Shown piece after piece: positions 13,292 through 24,800 of a DNA stretch of 64,000 nucleotides. Positions within the stretch are counted from its first letter, which is position 1. The number at the start of each line of letters is the position of its first letter. Position numbers and translations under genes: made by a program. Where the stretch lies: NCBI GenBank assembly GCA_902580505.1, contig CACHLB010000003.1:8980-72979 (forward strand), read 5' to 3'. This stretch comes from an uncultured Pelagibacteraceae bacterium. Its GTDB lineage: Bacteria > Pseudomonadota > Alphaproteobacteria > Pelagibacterales > Pelagibacteraceae. The notes beneath the pieces are model-generated. The model was not told where the DNA came from, searched no databases, and saw nothing but the letters and a program-made list of their open reading frames with translations.

Positions 13292-15700
13292 TTAGGATCT
13301 AATTTTTGCGCCAGACTTTGACTCAACGGAAGAGATAATTAGTTTATTAATATTTTCCAGGTCATTTTCATTTAATGTTTTTTCTTCTGACTGAATAGTT
13401 ACATTAACAGCTATAGATTTTTTTCCCTGTGGTATATTTTCTCCCTCAAAAACATCAAATACTCTTACTGACTTTATTAATTTGTTATCAACAGATTTAA
13501 TTATATTAACTAATTCTTGAGATTTAAAATTTTTATTAATAATAAATGCAAAATCTCTCTCTGATTTTTGGAAATCAGAAAATTTATATTCAGATTTTGA
13601 ATCTTTTATCTTTTGTTTTGAAGCTCTTATATAATCAAGACAAATTTCAAATATTACCAAACCTTCAGTTTTTATATCTAATTTTTTTATTATGTTTGGA
13701 TGTATTTCACCAAAATATGCTATTGCATTTTTTTCATTTTTATTTTGGTACACTCCTCCAGATTTTCCTGGATGATAGTAAGAAGGGGTTCGATCGTCAA
13801 TAATAATATCATCTTTATTAATTCCTGCTTCACAAAGACTTTGTATTACATCTTTTTTTACATCGAATGTGTCTACAATTCTCTCTTTATCATTCCAAGA
13901 CAATCTAGAAACCTTTCCTGCTCTTACAGCGCCTATCATTGTCAGTTGATCTCCAGGATTTTTTCCTTTAAAAGCTGGACCAATTTCAAATAAAGAAATA
14001 TCTTTAAATCCTCTATCTAAATTTTTCTTCAAATAAAATAATAAATTTGGAAAAATAGAATTTCTTAAAACATTTAGATCTGAACTAATCGGATTTACAA
14101 TTGGTATTTCTTCACCATTTTCTTTAAATAATTGATTAATTTTAGAATCAGTAAATGACCATGTCACGGTCTCTAAATAACCTTTAGATGCAACAGATCT
14201 TTGTAAAAAATGAAATAATTTCTGATAATAATTAAGTGTTGGCTTTAATCTTGTCTTAATAGGTTCTGAAGTATTAATATGTTCATAACCTTTTATTCTC
14301 ACTATTTCTTCAACAATATCAATTGGTTGAGTTATATCAGGTCTCCATGAAGGTATTACTAGTTTTAAAATTTTTTTATTCTTAGATACATTAAAACCTA
14401 GCTTTTCTAGTATTTTGATTAATTCTTTATTTTCAACATTAAATCCAGTCGTTTTTTCAAAAAGAAATGGATCAAAATTTATTATTGTTTTTTTATAATT
14501 TTCAATTTTTTTTACATCTAAATTGCTTATTTCACCTCCGCAAATTTGTTTTATTAGTTCAGAAGCTTTTATTAATCCTTCTTCAATTGAAAGGGGATCT
14601 ATGCCTCTTTCGAATCTAAATTTTGCATCTGTATCTATATTTAAGTGTTTAGAGGTTTTTCTTATTGAACGTGGTAAAAAATAAGCAGATTCTAATAATA
14701 TATTTTTAGTCGAATATTCTGTTCCAGATTTTGTCCCACCAATTATGCCGCCAAGACCAAGGACTCCAGATCTATCAGAAATAACACACATATCATTTTC
14801 TAAAATATATTTTTTATTATCTAAGGCTTCGAAGCTTTCTCCTTTAGAAGAACTTCTAACAATAATTTCATTATCTATTTTATCTGCATCATAAGCGTGT
14901 AATGGTCTATTTAAATCAAACATTACATAATTAGTAATATCGACTATCGCAGATATTGGTTTTTGGCCTAAAGACAGAATTCTATCTTTTAGCCATTTTG
15001 GACTCTCTTTATTCGTTACACCTTTTATTAAACAACTTCCAAATATTGTGCATCCTTGAGCTTTTTCTTTTTTTATTGATACGTTTATATTTTGATTACC
15101 TCTATATTTTAAGTTGGATTTTTTATTGATTTTTAATTTACCAGCACCAGCAGCAGATAAATCTCTAGCAATTCCTCTTACTCCTAAACAATCTGGTCTA
15201 TTGGGCGTAATTGATAAATCTATTACTTTTTCAGAAGTGTTTTTAAAATATTTTTCTCCAATTTTATTTGCATATTTATTGTTTTTTAATTCTATAATTC
15301 CATCACTTTCATTGGATAATAGTAATTCTGACTCAGAACAGAGCATTCCATATGATGTTACACCTCTTATTTTACTTACAGATAATTTCATCTGATTTTT
15401 AGGAATAATCGATCCTGGAGGTGCATAAACAGTCAAAAGACCATTTTTTGCATTTGGGGCTCCACATACTACTTCAATTGTTTTGTCGCTACCTATATCA
15501 ACATCACATAACTTCAATCTGTCAGCATTTGGATGAGTTTTGGCATTTATAATTTTTGCAACAATAAATGTATCTAATTCAGATGTAGAACTCTCAAAAC
15601 TTTCTACTTCTAGACCAATATTAGTTAATTTATCTATTATTTGATTATTGTTAAATTTTGTATCAAGATGGTTTTTTAACCAGTCAACTGTGAATTTCAT
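13292..15700 (-). CDS. pheT: Phenylalanine-tRNA ligase beta subunit
   Basis: [33 protein letters not shown]-terminal FDX-ACB domain (ERDFAF...FDVFEG). Confidence 0.98.
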   Translation of the reverse strand: MKFTVDWLKNHLDTKFNNNQIIDKLTNIGLEVESFESSTSELDTFIVAKIINAKTHPNADRLKLCDVDIGSDKTIEVVCGAPNAKNGLLTVYAPPGSIIPKNQMKLSVSKIRGVTSYGMLCSESELLLSNESDGIIELKNNKYANKIGEKYFKNTSEKVIDLSITPNRPDCLGVRGIARDLSAAGAGKLKINKKSNLKYRGNQNINVSIKKEKAQGCTIFGSCLIKGVTNKESPKWLKDRILSLGQKPISAIVDITNYVMFDLNRPLHAYDADKIDNEIIVRSSSKGESFEALDNKKYILENDMCVISDRSGVLGLGGIIGGTKSGTEYSTKNILLESAYFLPRSIRKTSKHLNIDTDAKFRFERGIDPLSIEEGLIKASELIKQICGGEISNLDVKKIENYKKTIINFDPFLFEKTTGFNVENKELIKILEKLGFNVSKNKKILKLVIPSWRPDITQPIDIVEEIVRIKGYEHINTSEPIKTRLKPTLNYYQKLFHFLQRSVASKGYLETVTWSFTDSKINQLFKENGEEIPIVNPISSDLNVLRNSIFPNLLFYLKKNLDRGFKDISLFEIGPAFKGKNPGDQLTMIGAVRAGKVSRLSWNDKERIVDTFDVKKDVIQSLCEAGINKDDIIIDDRTPSYYHPGKSGGVYQNKNEKNAIAYFGEIHPNIIKKLDIKTEGLVIFEICLDYIRASKQKIKDSKSEYKFSDFQKSERDFAFIINKNFKSQELVNIIKSVDNKLIKSVRVFDVFEGENIPQGKKSIAVNVTIQSEEKTLNENDLENINKLIISSVESKSGAKIRS

Positions 15701-16764
15701 CTACTTAGTCCTCTATAATTTGAAGGGACATCCAATGGATCAAAGCCAAAGTGACTTAACCATCTATAATCAGTCTCAAAAAAGGCTCTTAAATCATTAA
15801 TTCCATATTTTAACATTCCAAGTCTGTCTATGCCAATTCCAAAGGCATATCCTTGATATTTACTTGGATTAACATTTACATTTTTTAAAACATTTGGATG
15901 AACCATCCCACAGCCTAGAATTTCTAACCATTTATTACCTTCACCAATTACTATCTTTCCATTTTTAATTTCATATCCTATATCTACTTCTGCTGAAGGT
16001 TCCGTAAATGGAAAATGACTTGGTCTGAATCTCATTTTAATTTTATCAACTTCAAAAAACTCCTTAATAAAATAATTTAAACATCCTTTTAAATGTCCCA
16101 TATTTATATTCTTATCTATATGAAGTCCCTCAACTTGATGAAACATTGGAGCATGGGTTTGATCACTATCTGATCTGTAAGTTCGTCCCGGAGCAATAAT
16201 TTTAAAAGGAGGTTTACTTTTTAGCATAGTTCTTACCTGAACTGGAGATGTGTGAGTTCTCAAAAGTAATTCCTTATTATTATCAAGGTAAAAAGTATCA
16301 TGCATATCTCTAGCTGGATGGTTATCCGGTGTATTTAATGCTGTAAAATTATTATATTCATTTTCTACATCTGGGCCTTCCTCAACACTAAATCCTATTT
16401 CAGAAAATATAGATGAAATTTCATCTATTACCTGGGAGACTGGATGAATTTTACCAATTTCAATATTTCTTTCTGGAAGAGTTACATCAATTTTTTCTTT
16501 ATCAAGCTTTAAATTAATTTCTTTAGTTTCAATTTCTTGAATTTTGATTGATATTTTATTTTGAAGTTCATCTTTAATATTATTTAAATCTGAGGCTAAT
16601 TTTTTTCTCTCCTCTACAGAAATCGAACCTAATTTTTTAAACTCGCTCGATATAATTCCATTTTTTCCAAATAGTTCAGATTTGATATTATTTACTTTTT
16701 CAATATTATTTTCTGTGTTAAGCTTATCGATATAATCATCTTTTATTTTTTTAATATCAGACAT
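15697..16764 (-). CDS. pheS: Phenylalanine-tRNA ligase alpha subunit
   Basis: [42 protein letters not shown]. Confidence 0.98.
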   Translation of the reverse strand: MSDIKKIKDDYIDKLNTENNIEKVNNIKSELFGKNGIISSEFKKLGSISVEERKKLASDLNNIKDELQNKISIKIQEIETKEINLKLDKEKIDVTLPERNIEIGKIHPVSQVIDEISSIFSEIGFSVEEGPDVENEYNNFTALNTPDNHPARDMHDTFYLDNNKELLLRTHTSPVQVRTMLKSKPPFKIIAPGRTYRSDSDQTHAPMFHQVEGLHIDKNINMGHLKGCLNYFIKEFFEVDKIKMRFRPSHFPFTEPSAEVDIGYEIKNGKIVIGEGNKWLEILGCGMVHPNVLKNVNVNPSKYQGYAFGIGIDRLGMLKYGINDLRAFFETDYRWLSHFGFDPLDVPSNYRGLSR

Positions 16765-16807
16765 TTTAATAGAATATTTGTTAAAGGAAGAAAAACAATA
16801 GTCTTGA

Positions 16808-17164
16808 TTAATTTAATGCTGCCTGAGCCCTTTTAACTATAGTTTTGAATGCTTCGGGGTTATCGTAAGCAATTTCTGCAAGAATTTTTCTATCTAATTT
16901 AATTCCTGATTTGCTTAAACCATTAATAAACTTTGAATATGTTATACCTTCGGATCTGACACCAGCATTAATTCTTTGTATCCACAGTGATTTGAAATCC
17001 CTTTTTTTATTTCTTCTATCTCTATAAGCATACTGCATAGCTTTTTCCATAGCTTGTCTTGCAACTCTTATTGTATTTTTTCTTCTTCCCCACTGACCTT
17101 TAACAGCTTTTAAAACTTTTTTATGTTTAGCTCTGCTTGTAACTCCTCTTTTAACTCTTGCCAT
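16808..17164 (-). CDS. rplT: 50S ribosomal protein L20
   Basis: [29 protein letters not shown]. Confidence 0.98.
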   Translation of the reverse strand: MARVKRGVTSRAKHKKVLKAVKGQWGRRKNTIRVARQAMEKAMQYAYRDRRNKKRDFKSLWIQRINAGVRSEGITYSKFINGLSKSGIKLDRKILAEIAYDNPEAFKTIVKRAQAALN

Positions 17165-17165
17165 T

Positions 17166-17372
17166 TTATCCTCTTAAGCTGTAAGGCATATAAGATTTTA
17201 CTATCTTACCATCTTGTTTGGATAAAACAGTTGTGCCTCTTTGTTTTCTAATTTGTGAATTCGTTCTTTTAATCATGCCATGTCTTTTTCCAGCTTGTGG
17301 GGTAATAACCTTACCTTTAGCTGAGATTTTAAATCTTTTTTTAGCTGAACTTTTTGTTTTTAACTTGGGCAT
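17166..17372 (-). CDS. rpmI: 50S ribosomal protein L35
   Basis: [15 protein letters not shown]; lies between infC and rplT. Confidence 0.97.
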   Translation of the reverse strand: MPKLKTKSSAKKRFKISAKGKVITPQAGKRHGMIKRTNSQIRKQRGTTVLSKQDGKIVKSYMPYSLRG

Positions 17373-17382
17373 AATTTTCGGG

Positions 17383-17411
17383 GTTATACAAATATTAAAT
17401 TAAATTTACAA
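17383..17411 (-). promoter_or_regulatory. Putative sigma70 promoter of rpmI-rplT
   Basis: Minus strand TTGTAA-N17-TATAAC, ending 10 nt upstream of the rpmI ATG. Confidence 0.55.
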
Positions 17412-17424
17412 CTAGAAATATGGC

Positions 17425-17970
17425 TTATAAAGGCTGGATTACCATAATCATTTGCTTTCCATCAAATTTTGGCTGAAGCTCTACTCTCCCAATAGTCTCC
17501 ATATCTGCCTTAATTTTATCCATTAATTCATTGCCAAGGTTTGAATGTTGTAACTCTCTCCCTTTGAACCTTATTGTAAATTTGACTTTATCACCTTTTG
17601 CCAAAAATTTCTGAGCATTTTTAATTTTGAAAGTGTAGTCATGAACTTCTGTAACTGGCCTTAATTTTATTTCTTTTAATTCAATTTTCTTTTGTTTTTT
17701 TTTTGCTTTGTTAGCTTTTTTTTGTGCGTCATATTTATATTTACCCATGTCCATAATTTTACAGACAGGGGGTTTTGCATTCGGAGCAATTTCAATTAAA
17801 TCTAAACCTTCATTTTTTGCTTTATTGATAGCTTCATTTAAATTTAAAATTCCTAAATTTTCTCCATCACTTGCAATAACTTGAACTTCATTTGATGTAA
17901 TCCTGTTGTTAAACCTTGGGCCTCTTGCTTTAGTTCTTTTTTGAAAATAATTTTGTTTAAAATCTGCCAC
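17425..17970 (-). CDS. infC: Translation initiation factor IF-3
   Basis: LDLIEIAPNAKPPVCKIMDMGKYKY, KEIKLRP, RFKGRE; GTG start abutting the thrS stop. Confidence 0.96.
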   Translation of the reverse strand: MADFKQNYFQKRTKARGPRFNNRITSNEVQVIASDGENLGILNLNEAINKAKNEGLDLIEIAPNAKPPVCKIMDMGKYKYDAQKKANKAKKKQKKIELKEIKLRPVTEVHDYTFKIKNAQKFLAKGDKVKFTIRFKGRELQHSNLGNELMDKIKADMETIGRVELQPKFDGKQMIMVIQPL

Positions 17971-19890
17971 TTAGATTGAAGGGGCTTTATTTAGATCGGA
18001 GTATTTTTTTATAAATTCTTTTAAAGCCATATTTTCTTGTTTATTAGAATCCAACCTTCTAATAGTTACACTGTTGGAGTCAACTTCTTTTTTTCCACAA
18101 ATCAATAACATTGGTACTTTTGTTAAAGAATGATCTCTTATTTTATAATTTAAATTGTGATTTTTAAGATCCACCTCAACAATCAAACCAATCCGCTTTA
18201 ATTCCTTAGCTACACTTTTAGCATATTCATCAAAATCACTAGAGATTGGAATAACTACTGCCTGTAGAGGTGATATCCAAAATGGCAGCTTGCCTGCATA
18301 ATTCTCTATAAGGATACCTATAAACCTTTCTAAAGATCCAAATAATGCTCTGTGTAACATTACAGGTACTTTTTTAGTTCCATCTTTATCAACAAAAGAA
18401 GCTCCTAATCTACCTGGTAAATTTAAATCTACTTGCAAGGTTCCACACTGCCAATCTCTACCTATTGCATCTCTTAAAACAAATTCAATTTTTGGTCCAT
18501 AAAATGCGCCCTCACCTTTATTAATTGAGTACTCTAGCTTTGTCGCTTTGATTGCCTCTAACAACGCAGCCTCTGATTTATCCCAAACTTTATCATCACC
18601 AACTCTTAAATCTGGTCTATCTGAATATTTTAAAATAACATCTTCAAAACCAAGATCTCTATAAATTTCTAAAATTAAATTTGTAACACTCAAACATTCT
18701 TCGGTAATTTGTTCTTCTGTACAAAAAATATGTGCATCATCTTGAGTAAAGGCTCTTACACGTAATAATCCATGCAATGCACCTGAAGGTTCATATCTAT
18801 GAACTTTTCCAAATTCTGACATCTTTAAAGGTAAGTCTCTATAACTTTTAAGTCCTTGATTAAAAACTTGAACGCACCCAGGACAATTCATGGGTTTAAT
18901 TGCAAATACTTTTTCATCTGGTGTAGTTGAAGTATACATATTAGCTCCAAATTTTTCCCAGTGGCCAGATTTCTCCCACAAAGATCTATCAAGTATTTCT
19001 GGCGTATTTATCTCTTTGTAACCATCGTGATCTTGTTTCATTCTCATATATGAAACTAATTTTTGGAATAAATTCCATCCTTTCTGGTGCCAAAACACAG
19101 ATCCAGGACTTTCTTCTCTAAAATGAAATAAATCCATCTCTTTTCCAATTTTTCTATGATCTCTTTTTTCTGCCTCCTCAATTCTCTGAAGATAGAGGTC
19201 TAATTCTTTTTGAGTTGCCCACCCAGTACCATATATTCTTTGAAGCATTTCATTATTAGAATCACCACGCCAATAAGCTCCAGATACTTTTGTCAGTTTA
19301 AAAGCCTTACCTATTTTACCAGAAGATACTAAATGTGGACCTCTACATAAATCATGCCATGTTTCGCCATGATGATAAACCGTAAGTTCTTCGTTTTTAG
19401 GAATGCTCTCAATTATTTCAGCTTTGTATTTTTCTCCAATTTTTTTAAAATGACTTATTGCTTTATCTCTCTCCCAAACTTCTTTTCTTGTTTTTACATC
19501 TTTATCTATTATCTCTGACATTTTTTTTTCAATCTTTTTTAAATCATCGCTAGTAAAAGGCTCTTTTCTTGCAAAATCATAGTAAAATCCATTTTCTATA
19601 ACTGGCCCAATTGTTACCTGTGTGCCTGGGTATAGTTCTTGAACAGCCATAGCCATTATATGTGCAGTGTCATGTCTAATGACTTCTAAACCCTCAGGAT
19701 CTTTAGCTGTAAATATTTCAATAGAACAATCTTGATCAATAACAGTGTATAAATCTTTAAGCTCACCGTTTATGCTCATCACCAAAGCTTGCTTACCTAA
19801 AGACTTGCTAATTTTTTCAGCAACCTCTGTGCCTGTTATACTTTTTTCAAAGTTTAATTTTTTTCCATCAGGTAATGTAATATTTGGCAT
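17971..19890 (-). CDS. thrS: Threonine-tRNA ligase
   Basis: TGS domain, DLCRGPH, RDHRKIG, KPMNCP, FTQDDAH, HRALFGSLERF. Confidence 0.98.
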   Translation of the reverse strand: MPNITLPDGKKLNFEKSITGTEVAEKISKSLGKQALVMSINGELKDLYTVIDQDCSIEIFTAKDPEGLEVIRHDTAHIMAMAVQELYPGTQVTIGPVIENGFYYDFARKEPFTSDDLKKIEKKMSEIIDKDVKTRKEVWERDKAISHFKKIGEKYKAEIIESIPKNEELTVYHHGETWHDLCRGPHLVSSGKIGKAFKLTKVSGAYWRGDSNNEMLQRIYGTGWATQKELDLYLQRIEEAEKRDHRKIGKEMDLFHFREESPGSVFWHQKGWNLFQKLVSYMRMKQDHDGYKEINTPEILDRSLWEKSGHWEKFGANMYTSTTPDEKVFAIKPMNCPGCVQVFNQGLKSYRDLPLKMSEFGKVHRYEPSGALHGLLRVRAFTQDDAHIFCTEEQITEECLSVTNLILEIYRDLGFEDVILKYSDRPDLRVGDDKVWDKSEAALLEAIKATKLEYSINKGEGAFYGPKIEFVLRDAIGRDWQCGTLQVDLNLPGRLGASFVDKDGTKKVPVMLHRALFGSLERFIGILIENYAGKLPFWISPLQAVVIPISSDFDEYAKSVAKELKRIGLIVEVDLKNHNLNYKIRDHSLTKVPMLLICGKKEVDSNSVTIRRLDSNKQENMALKEFIKKYSDLNKAPSI

Positions 19891-21044
19891 TAGTTTATTA
19901 ATTTTTTATACTCTGAATAAGTAGAAAAACACATTTTTTCAACATTAAATTTTGAAACGACATTTTTTCTACCTTCTATGCCCATTTGATTGATAGTCTG
20001 TTCATCTAAATTCATAATTTCTATTAATTTTTTTGAAAGATCGTCGGAGTTATTTGCTTCAAATAAAAATCCTGTTTTATTTTCATTTATAGTCTCTTTT
20101 GATCCCCCAATATTACTTGCAACAATTGGTTTTTTCATTGCCTGAGCCTCAACAGATATTCTTCCAAAGGCTTCTGGTTCTATAGATGAAGAAACTATGA
20201 TATCTGAAACTTTGTAAGCTAGAGGCATATTTTTACAATGATCTATAAATTTTACTTGGTTAGTTAATCTGTACTGTTCAACTAACCTAATAAGTTTCTT
20301 TTTGTAAAGTTCTCTTCCTTGATCGCTCCCAAGAATAATTACATTAAATACCTCGTGTCCTAAATTAATATTTACTTTATTAATAGAATCTAAAAACATT
20401 TCTTGGCCTTTCCATTCTGTTAATCTTCCTGGTAATAGAACAGTTTTTCTCTCAATTTTAAGTCCCCATAATTTAAATAATTCATCTTCCTCTGTTTCTA
20501 TAGTAGTTGATGGATCAAAATAGTCAGTATTAATGCCTCTAAATATTACTAAGAATTTTTTTTTATCATTAAGGTATTCAGGGTAGTTTTCTTTAATATG
20601 TGAAAATATAAAATTAGACCCAGCAATAATTAAATCTGATCTCAACATTACAGAATTATATAATTTTTTTAATTTACTTTTAAAATTATATGTTCCATGA
20701 AATGTAGTTACAAATTTACGTCGTGTGATTTTAGTAGCTAGCAGACAAGACCATGCAGGTGCTCTACTTCTCGCGTGGACAATATTAATTCCATAAAATA
20801 AAATTATTAGAGAAATAATTATTGAATTAAAAAAAACCAAAATAGGGTTTTTGGAATTAACAGGTAACCTTATATATTTAACTTTTTTTTTATCTATAAA
20901 CTTTGTTAATTCACCACCGTTGCAAATTAAAAAAGATTTACAATCATTTTCATGTAGATAGTGTGCGATATCATAACAACCTGTTTCTGCGCCACCGTAT
21001 CCAAGTTTTGGTATAACTTGCAGAACTTTCAATTTTGGATGCAT
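19890..21044 (-). CDS. GT4 family glycosyltransferase
   Basis: GGAETG, HARSRAPAW, TTFHG, PGRLTEWKGQ, EAFGRISVEAQA. Confidence 0.92.
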   Translation of the reverse strand: MHPKLKVLQVIPKLGYGGAETGCYDIAHYLHENDCKSFLICNGGELTKFIDKKKVKYIRLPVNSKNPILVFFNSIIISLIILFYGINIVHARSRAPAWSCLLATKITRRKFVTTFHGTYNFKSKLKKLYNSVMLRSDLIIAGSNFIFSHIKENYPEYLNDKKKFLVIFRGINTDYFDPSTTIETEEDELFKLWGLKIERKTVLLPGRLTEWKGQEMFLDSINKVNINLGHEVFNVIILGSDQGRELYKKKLIRLVEQYRLTNQVKFIDHCKNMPLAYKVSDIIVSSSIEPEAFGRISVEAQAMKKPIVASNIGGSKETINENKTGFLFEANNSDDLSKKLIEIMNLDEQTINQMGIEGRKNVVSKFNVEKMCFSTYSEYKKLIN

Positions 21045-21086
21045 ATGGTAGAGTTATAATATTTCAAATCAATTTTAATACTTTAT

Positions 21087-21848
21087 ATGAAAAAATTTAA
21101 ATTTCTAAAAATTTCTAAAACAAAAAAACTAAGATATATAAGCAATTATTATAAGAAAAATCTTTATATTATATTTTTACCAGGTTTTGCATCTGATATA
21201 GAAGGAGATAAACCTAAAAGATTTTTAAACTATGCTAAAAAAAATAAATTGGGTTTTTTGGCGCTAGAATATTCTGGATACGGCAAATCTTCAGGTGAAT
21301 TTACAAAAGGGAATATTTCCACTTGGGCAAATGATGCAAAACAGACCATTAAAAATATAGTTAAAAAAAATGATATAATTTTAATAGGTTCTAGTATGGG
21401 TGCTTGGATTTCTTTATTATTATTTAAATCAATTAAGAAACAGATTAAAGGCTTTATGGGAATTGGCTCTGCTCCAGAATTTTTAACAAGAATAATGTGG
21501 AAAAAATTTTCAAAAAAGACAAAGAGTGAAATTATCAAAAAAGGTATTAGCAAAATTAAAAACGGTGGGTATGAGTATCTCATAACTAATCAATTAATTA
21601 GAGATGGAAGAAAAAAACAAAATAAAGTTTTGAATGTTAAAATTCCAATAAAAATACCTGTTACTATGGTCCATGGTCAAAAAGATGAAGTTGTACCAAT
21701 TAAATACTCAAGAGAAGTTTTAAAAATCTTCAGCAAAGCAAAAAAAAAATTAAATATAATTAAGAAGGGTGACCATAGTCTCTCGTCAAAAAAAAATTTA
21801 AATATTATTTGTAAAGAGTTAGATAGTATTATTAATAATACTAACTAG
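21087..21848 (+). CDS. Alpha/beta hydrolase (ABHD10-like)
   Basis: LPGFASD, YSGYGKSSG, nucleophile elbow GSSMG, HGQKDEVVP, GDH. Confidence 0.88.
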   Translation: MKKFKFLKISKTKKLRYISNYYKKNLYIIFLPGFASDIEGDKPKRFLNYAKKNKLGFLALEYSGYGKSSGEFTKGNISTWANDAKQTIKNIVKKNDIILIGSSMGAWISLLLFKSIKKQIKGFMGIGSAPEFLTRIMWKKFSKKTKSEIIKKGISKIKNGGYEYLITNQLIRDGRKKQNKVLNVKIPIKIPVTMVHGQKDEVVPIKYSREVLKIFSKAKKKLNIIKKGDHSLSSKKNLNIICKELDSIINNTN

Positions 21849-24800
21849 CTTGACCGACTAATTTTTTGTTTGATATAGGATTTTCTAACTTATCTAACAT
21901 TTCTTTTGGACAAACTTGGACAAAATTATTTATTTCATTTTCAAAATTCTCAACAATTTTTTTCGAAATTGTTGAATTTGTTTCTATAGCATGCTCTTGA
22001 ATTAATTTCCTTAGATGCTCAATCCAAAATTTAGTTTCTGGAGTTTGCCAAACTACACTTTCTGAATTTACTTTTTTATCAAATTGATTTTCAGGGTCAT
22101 AAATAAATGCCATACCTCCTGTCATGCCAGCTCCAAAATTATCACCAATATCTCCTAATATAATAATGTTTCCGCCTGTCATGTATTCACAGCCATTTGA
22201 ATCACAACCTTCTACTACTGCAGTTGCACCTGAATTTCTAACAGCAAATCTTTCTCCTGCTTGTCCTGCAGCTAATAATTTTCCTGAAGTAGCTCCATAC
22301 AAAACAGTGTTTCCAATAATAGTATTTTCATTTGAAACAAGGTTGCTTTCATCTTGTAATTTAATCACAATAGTCCCACCTGACAATCCTTTTGCAACAT
22401 AATCATTTGCATCCCCTTTTAAAATTAGTTTTAATCCTTTAATAGCAAAAGCACCAAAGGATTGGCCTGCCGAGCCTTTAAAATTTAATTCGATTGAATT
22501 TTCATCAAGTTTGTTATTTCCAAATTTTTTGTACAAATGATAAGAAATTCTAGTACCAACTGCTCTATCAGTATTTTGAATTTCAAATTCTTGGTTTATT
22601 TTTTCTTTTTTATCTATTTTGTCTTCTATTTCTGGCCATAATTTTTGATCTAAAGTATCTGGAACAGAATTAATTTCAGGTTTCTCACAATATCTTTTAT
22701 TTTTTCCTGGATCTGCCTGAACAAAAAGAGGATTTAAGTCTAGATCATCCAAGTTTGGTGATCCTTTGCTTACTTGCCTTAATAAGTCAGTTCTTCCAAT
22801 TACTTCATTTAAAGATTTGAAACCAAGATCAGCAAGTATTTCTCTTACTTCATCTGCTATAAATGTAAAAAGATTTACTACTTTTTCAGGAGTTCCTGTA
22901 AATTTCTCTCTTAATTTATCATCTTGTGTGCAAACACCCACTGGACATGTATTTGAATGACATTGTCTGACCATTATACATCCCATTGCGACTAAAGCAG
23001 TTGTTGCCACGCCAAATTCTTCTGCTCCCATCATGGCTGCAATTACAACATCTCTTCCTGTTTTTATTCCACCGTCAGTTCTAAGCGTCACTTGATGTCT
23101 CAAGTTATTTAAAGTCAATACCTGATTTGCTTCTGTTAATCCCATCTCCCAAGGAACTCCTACATATTTAACGCTTGTCTGCGGAGTAGCTCCTGTACCT
23201 CCTGAGTGCCCAGAGATTAAAATTATGTCTGCTTTAGCTTTTGCAACTCCAGCAGCTATCGTTCCAATTCCTGATGAAGCAACTAATTTAACTCCAACCC
23301 TAGCCTTAGGATTTATTTGTTTTAAATCATAAATTAATTGAGCTAGATCTTCTATTGAGTAAATATCATGATGTGGTGGAGGTGATATTAAAGTAACTCC
23401 TGGTGTTGAGTGTCTCAATCTCGCAATTTCATCCGTAACTTTAAAACCCGGTAATTGTCCACCTTCACCTGGTTTAGCACCCTGTGCAATTTTGATTTCA
23501 ATCTCATTACAATTATTTAAGTAATTAATGGTTACTCCAAATCTAGCTGATGCAATTTGTTTAACCCTTGAATTTGCACTGTCTCCATTCTCCATTATTT
23601 TAAATCTTTTTTCATCTTCTCCACCTTCACCGCTACAAGATGCCCCTTTAATTCTGTTCATACCAACAGCAAGAGTTTCATGTGCTTCTTTAGATAAAGC
23701 TCCATGAGACATGCTTCCGCTTCCAAATCTTTTTAATATGTTAGATGCAGGCTCAACATTAGATATATCGATGGGATTTTTAGATTTAAAATCTACTAAA
23801 TCTCTTAAACTTATTGGATTTAGATTATAAATACCTTTTGTGTATTTTTTATATATTTCATATGATCCTTGTCCAACCGCAGTTTGTAGTAAATGAATTA
23901 GTTTACCTTGATACTGATGTGTTTCACCATTTTTTCTATATCTGTAAATACCTCCAATAGGTAAAATATTTGAATTATTGAAAAATGCTTCTTTATGTAT
24001 TGTTCTGATTTTCTTTTCTATTCCTTTTAAACCAATTCCAGAAATCTTTGATAACATCCCAGGAAAGTAATCTTTCACAATTGTTCTGCTTAGTCCCACA
24101 GTTTCAAAATTACATCCACCTCTATAAGAACTTAAAACAGAAATTCCCATTTTAGACATTATTTTAAGAAGACCGAGATTGACTGATTTAATGTATCTTG
24201 AAACACATTCATCAAAAGTGAAATTTCCAAATAATTTCTTAGAATGTCTTTGATATAAGCTATCAAAAGCTAAATAAGGGTTCACTGTAGTAGCACCAAC
24301 ACCAATTAATGTTGCAAAAGAGTGAGTATCTAAAGCATCTCCAGTTTGAACATTAATAGAAACATAACCTCTTAAACCTAATTTAACTAAATGTGTATTT
24401 ATTGCCCCTATACATAAAAGCATCGGCATTGGCATTCTATTTTCTGAAATATTTTTATCTGATAATATTATTTGTTTAATTCCCTCTCTAACAGCTTGTT
24501 CAGATTTAACTTTGAGTAAATTTATTGATGTCTCTAAATCATCATCTTTGCTGAATGTACAATCTAAAACTTTATTATTATTTCCAAAGAATTTCAAAAA
24601 TTTTTCAAATTGTGCATTTGATAATATCGGACTATTTAAGACATAAATATTGTCTTTAGTTAATTTACTAAAATCTAAAATATTACCAAGATTTCCAAAT
24701 CTTGTCTTTAAACTCATAACTTTATTTTCTCTTAGAGAGTCAATTGGTGGATTTGTAACCTGACTAAAGTTTTGTCTAAAGTAGTGATATAGTGGTCTAT

